IMG/VR virus record: IMGVR_UViG_3300048592_000456
Span: 1-52,056 of that record
From: a virus
Taxonomy: Duplodnaviria > Caudoviricetes
Length of the DNA: 52,056 nt
Strand: one strand, 5' to 3'
Shown here: one piece after another, positions 9,982-19,164 of the stretch
Layout: each line of letters opens with the position of its first letter
Position numbering within the stretch: the first letter of the stretch is position 1
Position numbers and translations under genes: made by a program
Notes under the pieces: model-generated
What the model saw: the letters and a program-made list of their open reading frames with translations, nothing else
The model's database searches: none
What the model was told of the DNA's origin: nothing

Positions 9982-11325
9982 TTAGCGGCGGCCGGCCGCC
10001 GCGACCTTGGCCGCCGACTCCGACAGCCCGAGCGCGACGAACTGCGCCTCCAGCGCGGCCTCGGACGCCTCGGTGGACGTGGTGCCGGCGCCGGCGCCCG
10101 TGGCCGGGGCGGTGCCGGAGCCCATGCCGCGGACCTCGCCCTTGCCGGTGAGCGCCGCGATGTACGCGGCCTCCTTCGTCGCGGCCTCGGTGGCGGCCTT
10201 GGTCAGCGCCTCCTTGTCGAGCACGCCGTCCTTCATGGGCGGGTCGGCGGACAGCCGCTCCGTGATGACCGCCTTCGCGGCACCCGGGAGGTCCACCTTG
10301 GACAGCGCCTCCGCGATGACCGCGCCCGAGGCGAGGATGGCGGCGGCGGTGCGCGCCGTGTCGCGCTCGCGGATGGCCTCGGCCAACTTGGCCGCGGTGT
10401 CATCCGTCGTGGTGCCGGTCGGGAGTCCCATGGTGCTCGTGCCCTCCGTGGTGCCGGCGCCGCCGGCGTCGTTGCGGCCGCGAGCGGCCTCGAACAGGGA
10501 TGCTACACGCCCTCCGCGCCCGGGGATGGTCACGAAGTCGATGCTGTTGGTCGCGTGCGGCAGGAGCCGCTGGATGACCGGACCCGTGCGGCCCTCCGCG
10601 GTGCCCGTCGAGACGAGCGCCCCGGCGCGGATGCTCACGCCGATGTGGTCCTTCAACTCCTCGACGGCCGGCGCGTACGCGCTGAACACCTTCGCCGGCG
10701 CGTAGACGCCGGGACCCTGCGGCCCGTCATCCATCCACCGGGCCGGACCCGTCGTCTCGGCCGCGAGGTCGCGCAGCGAGCGCTCCGGGCGCCCGGGTGC
10801 GGACGGGTCGGGGTGGTCCCAGAACATCTTGGTCCCGGTCGGGAACGCCGTGGCCGCGTCGCGCTCCAGCACCGGCCGGCCGTAGAACCCGGACGAGCCC
10901 CACCCGGCGTCGATGACCTTGATGAGCCCGCGCTGCCGGGACGCCTCGGTCACGGGGACCACGGCCTCCTGCACCACGGTCCCGCCGTCCGGGAGCCCAT
11001 CGGCGGACTGCTGCACCGGGACGGGCGCGCCCGGGGCGGCGCCCGGGGCGGGAGCGCCCGGCTGGCCGCCGGCGACCGGCTGCGCGGCGGGTGCCTGCTG
11101 GACCTGCGCGAGCAGCGCGTTGATGGCCTGCGCGATGGTCCGGAGGGTCTGCTCGTTGGCGGCGCTGAACACGCGCCCGGCCTCCGACACCGGCATGGCC
11201 GACAGGGCGGCCAGAGCGGCCATCGCCTCGCCCGCCGCGGTGCTCGCGTACGGGTTGCCGGGGAGCGGCGCACCGAGCCCGGTGGCGCTCTCGACAGCAA
11301 GGATGGCGCGGGTGATGCGGTCCAT
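9982..11325 (-). CDS. Prohead protease-scaffold fusion protein
   Basis: IKVIDAGWGSSGFY...MFWDHP...RSLRDLAA...IGVSIRA...SIDFVTIPGRGG protease-like part plus Ala-rich helical C-terminus; ATG 11325 with RBS. Confidence 0.8.
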   Translation of the reverse strand: MDRITRAILAVESATGLGAPLPGNPYASTAAGEAMAALAALSAMPVSEAGRVFSAANEQTLRTIAQAINALLAQVQQAPAAQPVAGGQPGAPAPGAAPGAPVPVQQSADGLPDGGTVVQEAVVPVTEASRQRGLIKVIDAGWGSSGFYGRPVLERDAATAFPTGTKMFWDHPDPSAPGRPERSLRDLAAETTGPARWMDDGPQGPGVYAPAKVFSAYAPAVEELKDHIGVSIRAGALVSTGTAEGRTGPVIQRLLPHATNSIDFVTIPGRGGRVASLFEAARGRNDAGGAGTTEGTSTMGLPTGTTTDDTAAKLAEAIRERDTARTAAAILASGAVIAEALSKVDLPGAAKAVITERLSADPPMKDGVLDKEALTKAATEAATKEAAYIAALTGKGEVRGMGSGTAPATGAGAGTTSTEASEAALEAQFVALGLSESAAKVAAAGRR

Positions 11326-11424
11326 GGTGGCCCTCGTTGCTGCCCGCGGCCGGAGGATACAGCGTGCCGGCGTCGGCGCGCAAGTACCGCGGGTCACGCG
11401 GATGCTAGCAGCGGGCCGGCCGGC

Positions 11425-11619
11425 CTACTTGTGGTCCGTCCCCCAATGCCACTCGGCCGACGCGACGCGGGTGCCCGGCGCCGGCGCGGACCCGGACGGG
11501 AACTCCGTGACCACGAGCACGCGACCGGTGGCCGTGACGATGGCGGGCGCGCAGGGGTCTGACGGGGAGCGCCGCACGTGGATGATGTTGCCGACCTCGG
11601 CGTCCTTGCGCCGGCTCAT
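11425..11619 (-). CDS. Hypothetical protein (64 aa)
   Basis: ATGA overlap with the upstream gene; VGNIIHV...PCAPAIVT...WHW. Confidence 0.6.
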   Translation of the reverse strand: MSRRKDAEVGNIIHVRRSPSDPCAPAIVTATGRVLVVTEFPSGSAPAPGTRVASAEWHWGTDHK

Positions 11620-11819
11620 CGGTTCCACCCGTCGCGCGGGATGCGCGGGCGGTCCGGGTCCTGCACGAACACGAGCCCGCCGTCGCCGGCGATGGGCGTC
11701 CGGTGGTCCCCGGCCCGAAAGAACACGCGCTCCGGGATGCCGCCCGGGAACGGGTCGCACGTCCGGGCACCGCGGTAGCGGAGGCACCGGAGGCACATGG
11801 GCGAGCGCACCGTCGTCAT
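11616..11819 (-). CDS. Small Cys-rich protein, putative immunity partner of the MuF toxin
   Basis: CLRCLRY....TCDPFPGGIP.....GDHRTPIAGDGGLVF, starting 1 nt after the MuF stop; function inferred from position. Confidence 0.6.
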   Translation of the reverse strand: MTTVRSPMCLRCLRYRGARTCDPFPGGIPERVFFRAGDHRTPIAGDGGLVFVQDPDRPRIPRDGWNR

Positions 11820-11820
11820 T

Positions 11821-13530
11821 TCAGTCCCACAGCCCCTTCACGCGCTGCTCGTGCAGCCACTCGCGCGTCACCTGACCGGCCGGCGAGAGGTCGCCGTAGG
11901 CTCGGGCAGACCGCGCCTCGCTGAACAACTCGGCCCACTGCTCGCGGGCGTTGGCCGCCGCGTACTGCGACGGGTGGACGGTGCCGGCGCCACCACGCGC
12001 CGCGAGCCGCTCGGGCAGCGTGCGGCTCAGGAACGCGTCGATGGCCTCGCCGTGCGCACGATGGACCACGTGCCCCCACTCGTGGTCGATGACGCCCTTG
12101 ACATCGCCCGTCGTGCGCCACGGGGTCGGCCCGTACTTCGGGTACACGACGGCATCCTCCGCGAGGTCGGCCTGTAGCGTGCGGAGGTTCTTGGCGTCCT
12201 TGAACTTGTCGCCCACGGTCATGTAGGTCCGCAGGGTGCCCTCTGCCGCCGAGCCCGAGTGCGTCACGAGCGCGATGTCCGTCTCGGCCGCCGATGGGAT
12301 GCCGTACGTGGTCCCGCGGAAGGTGCGCGCGGCCGCCGGGTAGTCCCGGGCGTTGGCGGCGAGGGATGACCGTATCTCGTTGGCGATGGGACGCGGCAAC
12401 TCCGGGAGGTCGGCGTAGAGCCCGGTGTCCGCGAAGGACCCGCGGAACGGCTTCGGACCGTTGAGCACCGCGGGGTCCGTGGGCACCCGGACCGCGGGCG
12501 CCGACGGCTCCGGGATGTCCGTCCGCTCGCCACGCGACAGGGCGCGGTACGTGACCGTGCACCGGCACCCGGGATGCGCCGGCGGTTCCTCCACGAGCGA
12601 CGGGAAGGACTCATCGTGGGGGATGGCGCCGGCCGCCTCGTTGTCGCTGCACGTCGGGTCCACGTGGCCGTCCCCGACCGTGAGCCACGACTTCTCCATC
12701 CGCAGCCCGGCGTCGGCCATCCGGTCCACCACGAGGCGCTTGCCCTTCTCGTACCCGAACGCCGTCTCGGTCACGGCGATGAGGTGCGCCCGGGACTGGA
12801 TGTGACCCAGCGGCGACCCGGCGCCCATGTACGCGAACTCACCCTTGATGGCCCGGGCGATGCGCTCCGATGACCACCCGGCGACCCGGCCATCGGCCAC
12901 GATGCGGCGGATGCGGTCGCGCGTCTGCGCGTCCACGCGGCGCACGAGCCGGGCAGCGTTCGCGTCGAGCCATTCCGCCGCCTCGCGGTTGCGCACGCTG
13001 AACACGGTGCCCGCGAGCACGGCGTGGCCGGCATCGTCCAGCGGCACGTCAGCGGTCCCGTCGATGACCCGGGGCGGCCTCACCCACGGCGGCACCGTCG
13101 CGGTCGCCTCCGTGGCGCTGGCGCCCACCTGACGCACCACGCGGCGAGCCCCGAGCACCATGGCGGTCGAATACCACGCCCGGACGCCCGCCACGAACCC
13201 GGCGCGCGTCTCGCCGGCGACGGCATCGAAGGCCCGGGCCACCCGCGCCTCCAGCCGCACGTCCGCCGCCATGCGGGCGACCCCGGGTGCTAGCGCGTCC
13301 GCCTGCGCCGCCCAGACGCCCCGGAGGTACGCCTCGCCCGCGTCCTCGATGGGTCCGGCGTCAAGCGTTCGCTGGCGCCGGCGTAGCGCGTCCCGTGCCG
13401 ACTCGACGGACAGGGCGAGTCGCGCGCGCCCCGCGGCGGCGAGGACCGGTCCCGGCGACCAGTGTGGCCGTGAACGCGTCGATGGCCTCAGCGAACGCCG
13501 CCGGCGGTGCGATGTCCCCGGTCGGGTCAC
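11821..13530 (-). CDS. MuF-like minor head protein with C-terminal zincin metallopeptidase domain
   Basis: RAHLIAVTETAFGY...KSWLTVGDGHV...C..NE...PPAHPGCRC (MuF) followed by IDHEWGHVV...SQYAAANAREQWAELF. Start uncertain; GTG 13530 has GGAGG 8 nt upstream. Confidence 0.85.
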   Translation of the reverse strand: MTRPGTSHRRRRSLRPSTRSRPHWSPGPVLAAAGRARLALSVESARDALRRRQRTLDAGPIEDAGEAYLRGVWAAQADALAPGVARMAADVRLEARVARAFDAVAGETRAGFVAGVRAWYSTAMVLGARRVVRQVGASATEATATVPPWVRPPRVIDGTADVPLDDAGHAVLAGTVFSVRNREAAEWLDANAARLVRRVDAQTRDRIRRIVADGRVAGWSSERIARAIKGEFAYMGAGSPLGHIQSRAHLIAVTETAFGYEKGKRLVVDRMADAGLRMEKSWLTVGDGHVDPTCSDNEAAGAIPHDESFPSLVEEPPAHPGCRCTVTYRALSRGERTDIPEPSAPAVRVPTDPAVLNGPKPFRGSFADTGLYADLPELPRPIANEIRSSLAANARDYPAAARTFRGTTYGIPSAAETDIALVTHSGSAAEGTLRTYMTVGDKFKDAKNLRTLQADLAEDAVVYPKYGPTPWRTTGDVKGVIDHEWGHVVHRAHGEAIDAFLSRTLPERLAARGGAGTVHPSQYAAANAREQWAELFSEARSARAYGDLSPAGQVTREWLHEQRVKGLWD

Positions 13531-15166
13531 CCGGCATCCCTCCCATGAGCGGGTTGACCGCATCCGCGGCCGCGTCCGCCTCCTGCTCCGCGTGGAGGTC
13601 ATCGAGCACCTCGTCAATGTCCTCCACGCCCAGCGCCTCCAGCAGCAGCCGCACAAGGAGGTCGTGGGGCATGATGCCCGCCTCCGTCCGGCCCTCCAGC
13701 GTCGCGGCCGTGACGATGGCGCCGACCCGCGCCACGATGTCATCTTCGAGGATGTCCACGAAGGTCACGTCCGGCGTGAGTTCCACGTCGCGCATGACCG
13801 GCGCGTCCTGCACCACGCCCGCGGTCGGGTCCAGCACCGGGTCGGGGTCCGTGAGCCCGGCGGGGTCCGCCACGCCCGGGATGGCCGGCGCCTCGGCGTC
13901 GGGGTCCGGCTCCTGCCGCGGGATGGTGCCCTCGTCGGCGGCGCGCCGGAGGTCATACGCCACGATGTCCGTGAGCGCGTCCGTCCACACGCTCTGCCGC
14001 GCCTTCATCATCAACTCGGTCGGGCGGTCGAGCGTCCGCGCCGTCGCGAGGTTGCCGGCGTCCGCGTTGCCGAACAGGATTGTCTCCGGGATGCCCACGC
14101 CGGCCGCCACGAGCAGCCCGAGCCGCCGGCCTTCCTCCGGGTTGGGCGCCGCGCCGCGCGTGGTGAGTGGCGTGATGTCCGCGCCCTCCACCGCGACGAA
14201 CGCGCTGCCGGTCGCCGGCGCCGGGTTCGTCTCCCGCGGGTTGTCCATCGTGACCTCGGTGTTGAGCCGGTCACGGACGGAGCGAGCCTGCCCCCGGGTC
14301 TTCGTGACCACCTTCCACGCGAACCGGGCGAGCGCGCGCTTCACGGTCGCGTAGTCGGACAGGTCGCGCGACACGGCACGCGCCCATGCGAGCGCCGGGT
14401 AGATGGTCGGGAAGCCGTACTTGGCGCCCGTGAGCCCGCCGTCCTTCACGTGCACCACGGGCGAGTCCCAATGGACCTCCCCCTCGTCCGGCCCGTCGCC
14501 GTAGCGCCCGGGCCGCTCGGTCGCGTCGCGCGCCCACTCCACGGACGGGTAGTAGTCCACCCGTTCCTCCGGGGTCACCCGGCCCGACCGGTCGCGCGTC
14601 TGCCGCGTCCAGCGCCGCATGTAGAACCAGACCTCGGCGTCATCCTCGGGGTTGCGGATGATGTCGCCGGCGACCATCTGATGGGTCGGGATGGTGCGCA
14701 CCTTCGTGATGGTGCCCGGCTTGCTGAACAGGGCGAAGTACCGATTGCCCTCATACGTGAGCGCCCGGTCGTGCCCGAGCAGCGCCACCTGACCGAACAG
14801 CACCTTGGCGTTGCGCGGGTCCGCGATGAAGGTCTGCACCCGGTCGTTGGCCGCGCCCACGCCGGCGATGTTCACACCCTGCCCGAACACGTAGACGGCG
14901 ATGGTATCGACCGCGTGGTTGATGAGGGGGTTCGCGAGGTACATCGTCTGCGCGTCGCGGATGACGCGCCGTAGATGCTGGGCGGACGGGTCGATGGACG
15001 TGCCCGAGTCGTCAATCCGCTCCCACCCGGCGTCCTCGGTCGCGAACTCCAGCTCCGCGATGCGCTCCTGTAGCGCGGCGACCTCGTGCTCGGTCGCGAG
15101 CAGGGCCGCCTCCGCGAGGGACGTGGACGCGAAGTCGGCCGACTCGTCGCTGATGGGGTCCGTCAT
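13361..15166 (-). CDS. Portal protein
   Basis: 601 aa; MYLANPLINHAVDTIAVYVFGQG...GVGIPETILFGNADAGNLATARTLDRPTEL; first head gene downstream of TerL. Confidence 0.88.
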   Translation of the reverse strand: MTDPISDESADFASTSLAEAALLATEHEVAALQERIAELEFATEDAGWERIDDSGTSIDPSAQHLRRVIRDAQTMYLANPLINHAVDTIAVYVFGQGVNIAGVGAANDRVQTFIADPRNAKVLFGQVALLGHDRALTYEGNRYFALFSKPGTITKVRTIPTHQMVAGDIIRNPEDDAEVWFYMRRWTRQTRDRSGRVTPEERVDYYPSVEWARDATERPGRYGDGPDEGEVHWDSPVVHVKDGGLTGAKYGFPTIYPALAWARAVSRDLSDYATVKRALARFAWKVVTKTRGQARSVRDRLNTEVTMDNPRETNPAPATGSAFVAVEGADITPLTTRGAAPNPEEGRRLGLLVAAGVGIPETILFGNADAGNLATARTLDRPTELMMKARQSVWTDALTDIVAYDLRRAADEGTIPRQEPDPDAEAPAIPGVADPAGLTDPDPVLDPTAGVVQDAPVMRDVELTPDVTFVDILEDDIVARVGAIVTAATLEGRTEAGIMPHDLLVRLLLEALGVEDIDEVLDDLHAEQEADAAADAVNPLMGGMPGDPTGDIAPPAAFAEAIDAFTATLVAGTGPRRRGARATRPVRRVGTGRATPAPANA

Positions 15167-15172
15167 GCCGGC

Positions 15173-15178
15173 ATCCTA
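15173..15178 (-). promoter_or_regulatory. Putative -10 box (TAGGAT) for a leaderless portal mRNA
   Basis: TAGGAT 6 nt upstream of the portal ATG; no Shine-Dalgarno. Confidence 0.5.
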
Positions 15179-15300
15179 CCCTCCCCCGGGCGGGCGAGGA
15201 ATCCCCGCCGGCCGGGAGTGCTCCACGGGTCCGGTGGCGTTGCGCGGCCCGGGACGGCGCGGCCCATCGGTCCCCGTCCGGCCGGCGGGGTCCCGGCCAT

Positions 15301-15429
15301 GGTACCAGTGTGGTCCCGGCGCAACACATGACCATCGTACGGGTGGACAAGTCCACTGCCGGCGCGCTACCTTGTGGACATCGCACGACGCGACCCGCCC
15401 CGGCCGGACAGCCGGATGGAGCATCGACC
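15301..15429 (+). promoter_or_regulatory. Composite promoter/operator/hairpin element (plus-strand copy)
   Basis: GGTACC 15301; GTGGACAAGTCCAC 15343-15356; TGGACA-N18-TACCTT; ATCG; CCGGC-CGGACA-GCCGG 15400-15415; GGAG; GTG 15430. Confidence 0.85.
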
Positions 15430-15702
15430 GTGAGCAAGACCGTCATCGTCCAGCACCCGAACCCCCACGCCCGCGGGTTCTCGGTGTCCGCCATCGTCAC
15501 CCTCGACGCCGAGGACACCCGCGCCGGCCGCGCGCGCTACCTCGTGACGGACGGGTCCGGCGAACTGCTCGGCCGCGTCACCCGCGGGTTCGATGGCCGC
15601 TGGCGGTACGACTCCACGGAGCCCGGCCGGCGCGACCACACCCGCCACGGGCGCGACACCCGCAACGAGGCCCTCTGGGACCTGCTCGAACTCGGCCGCT
15701 GA
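15430..15702 (+). CDS. Hypothetical protein (90 aa)
   Basis: GTG start directly after the conserved element and RBS. Confidence 0.7.
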   Translation: MSKTVIVQHPNPHARGFSVSAIVTLDAEDTRAGRARYLVTDGSGELLGRVTRGFDGRWRYDSTEPGRRDHTRHGRDTRNEALWDLLELGR

Positions 15703-15732
15703 GCCACCACGCACCACGAAGGGATACCCGAC

Positions 15733-16149
15733 ATGCTCGTCAAGACGTACCTCAACGACGGACCCGGCCGCTTCTTCGAGTACCAGCCCGGCGACCGGCT
15801 CCACGTCGGCCCGGAGGTCATGGTCCCCGACGCCGTGGCGCACGACGAGGATGGTGCGCTCGCCATCGCGTGGGCGGTCGGCAACCGGATGCAGGAGGCA
15901 TGGGTCCGCTGGGCCGGCACCGGCGCCCGGGACTGGCCGTCCTTCGTCCGGAGCCTCTCAGCCGGCGACGTGCTCGTCATCGGGGAGACGGCGTGGGCGG
16001 TCGCGCACGTCGGCTTCGACCGCATCGACACGGACGCGCTGGAGCGGTCGCTGTCATCGGACGCGGCCGTGGACGCACCACGCGAGCCCTTCGGCCCGCC
16101 GGCGCGGTCGGCGGCCGAGGCCGGCCCGGGCATCCGCCAGTGGCCGTGA
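15733..16149 (+). CDS. Hypothetical protein with RSLSxGDV (YodL-like) motif
   Basis: VRSLSAGDVLVIGETAWAVAHVGFDRI; purine-rich RBS upstream. Confidence 0.65.
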   Translation: MLVKTYLNDGPGRFFEYQPGDRLHVGPEVMVPDAVAHDEDGALAIAWAVGNRMQEAWVRWAGTGARDWPSFVRSLSAGDVLVIGETAWAVAHVGFDRIDTDALERSLSSDAAVDAPREPFGPPARSAAEAGPGIRQWP

Positions 16150-16313
16150 CCCGCCGCACCCGCCGGTGCATCCTCGGGTGGTTCCAGCACCGATGGGAGC
16201 GCCTCCCCACGGGCGAGACGCGGTGCTACCGGTGCGCGCTGGAGCACGAGGCGCGCGCCATCGGGTCGCCCCTCCGGCCCGACAGCCAGTATTGGGGTCC
16301 CGACCGACCATGA
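16146..16313 (+). CDS. Small Cys/His protein (55 aa)
   Basis: GTGA overlap; RCILGWFQHRW......RCYRC. Confidence 0.55.
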   Translation: MTRRTRRCILGWFQHRWERLPTGETRCYRCALEHEARAIGSPLRPDSQYWGPDRP

Positions 16314-16316
16314 CGA

Positions 16317-16345
16317 AGCCCCGGGGCGGACACGTCCCCGGGGCT
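16317..16345. terminator. Hairpin between convergent genes, probable bidirectional terminator
   Basis: AGCCCCGGGG-N9-CCCCGGGGCT, perfect 10-bp stem. Confidence 0.7.
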
Positions 16346-16376
16346 ATCGCCTACCTGCGTCGGGAGCCTACCACGC

Positions 16377-16901
16377 TCAATGCACGTGGATGGTGCCCTC
16401 GTACGTGCGCTCCATGACGCCACCGATGACCTTGGACGCCGAGAACGGCCAGCGCCGGCGTTCGACCCGGAGGCTGATGGTCCGGTCGTACCCTTGCAGG
16501 ACGAGTTGCTGGTGGTACACGCGCGGCGTGGTGCCGCACCCTGCCCACGACGTGCCGACGTAGCCCTGCGAGACGATGGCGCCCGACGCGTCCCGTGTGA
16601 CGCCCCAGAGGTACCAGCCGTCCTTCTCCTGCGTGGTGCCGGCGCCCGTGGGCGGTGCGCACCCGACGAAGATGGCCGCGTCGAGCCATCGCCACGCCGG
16701 CTGACCGCCGACCGTGATGATGGCGCACTCCCCGGACTCGCCCGTGCTCGTGGCGATGGGCACCGGGTCATCGGTGGGCGATGTCACCAGCCCGTCACAG
16801 ACGGACGGAGGCGGGTCCTGCGCGGCGACCGGGACCACGCCCGGCACGGCGGTCAGCAGGAGCGCGAGCGCGGCCGCCAGCGCGGCCAGACGGGACCTCA
16901 T
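16377..16901 (-). CDS. Secreted protein with Sec-type signal peptide
   Basis: MRSRLAALAAALALLLTAVPGVVPVAA/QD; four Cys; RBS GGAGG and TAGGAT at 16956-16961. Confidence 0.7.
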   Translation of the reverse strand: MRSRLAALAAALALLLTAVPGVVPVAAQDPPPSVCDGLVTSPTDDPVPIATSTGESGECAIITVGGQPAWRWLDAAIFVGCAPPTGAGTTQEKDGWYLWGVTRDASGAIVSQGYVGTSWAGCGTTPRVYHQQLVLQGYDRTISLRVERRRWPFSASKVIGGVMERTYEGTIHVH

Positions 16902-16958
16902 CGGGTCACCCTCCATGGCTCGGGCCGGTCGCCGGCGGCGCCGGTCCCGCGGCCCATC

Positions 16959-17156
16959 CTACACGCCGTCCGCCGGCTCATCCCGGCCGTCCGTCCGGCC
17001 GACGTGCCACGCGCCGCAGGCACACGCGTACGCCCAGAACGGCCAGCCCATGACCCGCGAGAGCCGCCGGGCGTGGTGCTCCGCGAGGGACCGCCGGCCG
17101 TAGGGCACCTTGGGCACGCCGTCCCGGGTGCGGTGCGCCCACCCGTGCCGGCCCAC
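16959..17156 (-). CDS. Small zinc-binding hypothetical protein
   Basis: KVPY..RSLAEHHARRL...AYACACGAWHVG; directly after the TerL stop. Confidence 0.6.
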   Translation of the reverse strand: MGRHGWAHRTRDGVPKVPYGRRSLAEHHARRLSRVMGWPFWAYACACGAWHVGRTDGRDEPADGV

Positions 17157-17160
17157 GTGG

Positions 17161-18699
17161 TCAGAACCCGCCGCCGATGTCCAGCGGGTCGTCATACACG
17201 ATGTAGCCCTCCAAGTCCTCCGGCTCGGGCAGCGCGAACGCCTGCACGACGGCATCGCCCTTGTCCGTGGAGCGGCCGAGGCGCTTGCGGATGTCATCCT
17301 TCGACTCGATGACGAGACGGCCGCCGGCGCCGACCCGGTAGAGCGGCGTCACGAGGTCCCCGATGAGGTCATCGTCGGGCGGCAGGGCGATGGTGCTATC
17401 GAAGGCCGGGTCCAGCGCCTCGCGCAGATGCCACCACGCGGCCGCGCGGCGGTTCGCGAAGCCCAGCTCCCCCGACCGGTCAACGTGCTGCGACCGGCCC
17501 GCCGCGTTGAAGGCGACGATGCGCCGCCAGCCCTGCGCCCGTAGGATGTCCACGACGCCGGCGCCGAGCCCGATGACATCGACCACGGCCTCAGCGTGGG
17601 CCATGTTCTGCCCGGATGCCCGGAGCACGCCGGCGACCCGGCCGGCCGTCTGTGCGGTGTCCTCGCGATGGTGCGCGTCGATGCGGCTGATGGCGTCCCC
17701 GTGCCGGACCGCGAGCACCGTCCGGTCCTCGCCGTAGCGCGCCACGTCCACGCCCACGTTGACGAAGGGAGCGTACCCGCCGGCGAGGTCCCGCCAGCGC
17801 TCCACGGCCTTCTCCACCCATGCGAGGGGGATGACCACGTTGGCGTCCTCGGCCGCGAACTCGCCCAGCACGCGGTTGCGGTAGATGGCCGAGTCGGGTC
17901 CCCACTGCCGGGCGCGCTGGGCCGCCCATTCCTCGCTGATGCGACCCGCCGCCATCGCCTCCGCGAGCGTGACGTGCTTGGCCCACCAGTCCTCGTAGCC
18001 GGGCCGCCGGTGGTGGATGTCCGCGAAGCGCCCGACCGGCGCGCCCGGCGTCGAGCCCGCCCATGCGAAGGCGTCACGTCCCGCCACGCCGGCGCCCGAG
18101 AACGCGCCCTCCGACGCATCGAAGGTGGCCGGCAGGATGGACTTGGCCTCGTCGTACACGTAGAGCAGTTGGTCCGCGTGCGCGCCCTCGATGAGTTCCG
18201 GGCGGTTCGACGCGACCGCGAACGCCTGCCCGGACCGGAGCTTGATGGACATCTGGAGCAACTCCGACCCCTCGCGCCACCGGAGCGCCGGCGACACGAC
18301 GCGCGGGTACCACTTGTGGACCTCGGGCCAGAGGAAGTTGCGCAACTGGCTCCACGAGCCCGCCGTCGTGACCACCTTCCAGTCCACGCCGGCGCGTTCC
18401 CGGGTGTCCACGAACCAGAGGATGACCCACGATGACAGGGCGGTCTTGCCGAGCCCGTGGGGTCCGCGGGCGGACGCGCGCCGGCGCTCGCCCAGCATGT
18501 GGAGCGCCTCCAACTGGTACTCGGTCGGCCGCTCGCCCGGGTCGAAGCGCACGCGGTCCATGACCCAGCGGTCGGGGTCATACCAGTAGTCGCGTGGTCG
18601 GCTCTTGACGGGAGCACGGAGACGCGCGGCGGCGAGTGGCAGCACCGCCAGCAGCGCGTCTCCCGGCATCATCCGGCCGGCCGTCGTGCGACCGGCCAC
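17161..18699 (-). CDS. terL: Terminase large subunit
   Basis: Walker A RGPHGLGKT, Walker B YVYDEA, coupling motif GSTP, nuclease GVDVARYGED and STDKGDA. Confidence 0.95.
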   Translation of the reverse strand: MAGRTTAGRMMPGDALLAVLPLAAARLRAPVKSRPRDYWYDPDRWVMDRVRFDPGERPTEYQLEALHMLGERRRASARGPHGLGKTALSSWVILWFVDTRERAGVDWKVVTTAGSWSQLRNFLWPEVHKWYPRVVSPALRWREGSELLQMSIKLRSGQAFAVASNRPELIEGAHADQLLYVYDEAKSILPATFDASEGAFSGAGVAGRDAFAWAGSTPGAPVGRFADIHHRRPGYEDWWAKHVTLAEAMAAGRISEEWAAQRARQWGPDSAIYRNRVLGEFAAEDANVVIPLAWVEKAVERWRDLAGGYAPFVNVGVDVARYGEDRTVLAVRHGDAISRIDAHHREDTAQTAGRVAGVLRASGQNMAHAEAVVDVIGLGAGVVDILRAQGWRRIVAFNAAGRSQHVDRSGELGFANRRAAAWWHLREALDPAFDSTIALPPDDDLIGDLVTPLYRVGAGGRLVIESKDDIRKRLGRSTDKGDAVVQAFALPEPEDLEGYIVYDDPLDIGGGF

Positions 18700-18702
18700 G
18701 GG

Positions 18703-19164
18703 TCAGCCCCCCCGCATGACCGCAGCGTGCTCGGCCAGCAGCGCCTCGGCCTCCGCGATGAGCGCGTCGGCGTCGAGCCCGTGCTCGGACGCGTACCGCT
18801 CGACGGCCTGTCGCACGTCCACGGTCACGCGTCGCCCGAACTCGTGCGGTCGGCGCCGCTCCAGCCACCACATGGCCGTCTGGGGGTTGGGCTTGACCTC
18901 GGCCCGGATGACGTTGCCGGCATCGTCGTACTGCGCCGGTCGCCCGAAGGCGTCATCCATGACCACGGCCGTCGCCCGGATGGCGGCTGTCGCCTCGGCC
19001 TCGTCGCACGCGCGTTGGACAGCGGCGGATGCGACACACCAGCGTTGCAGCGTCCGCACGTCCATGCCGGCGTACACCGCCGCGTCCGTCCGCGTGGCAC
19101 CGGAGCGCAGCGCCCGCGTGATGACCTCCAGCCGCTCCGGCGTGCGCAGCGTCTTGGCGCTCAT
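18703..19164 (-). CDS. terS: Terminase small subunit
   Basis: N-terminal HTH (GATRTDAAVYAGMDVRTLQRW), AMWWLERRRPHEFGRR; immediately upstream of TerL. Confidence 0.8.
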   Translation of the reverse strand: MSAKTLRTPERLEVITRALRSGATRTDAAVYAGMDVRTLQRWCVASAAVQRACDEAEATAAIRATAVVMDDAFGRPAQYDDAGNVIRAEVKPNPQTAMWWLERRRPHEFGRRVTVDVRQAVERYASEHGLDADALIAEAEALLAEHAAVMRGG

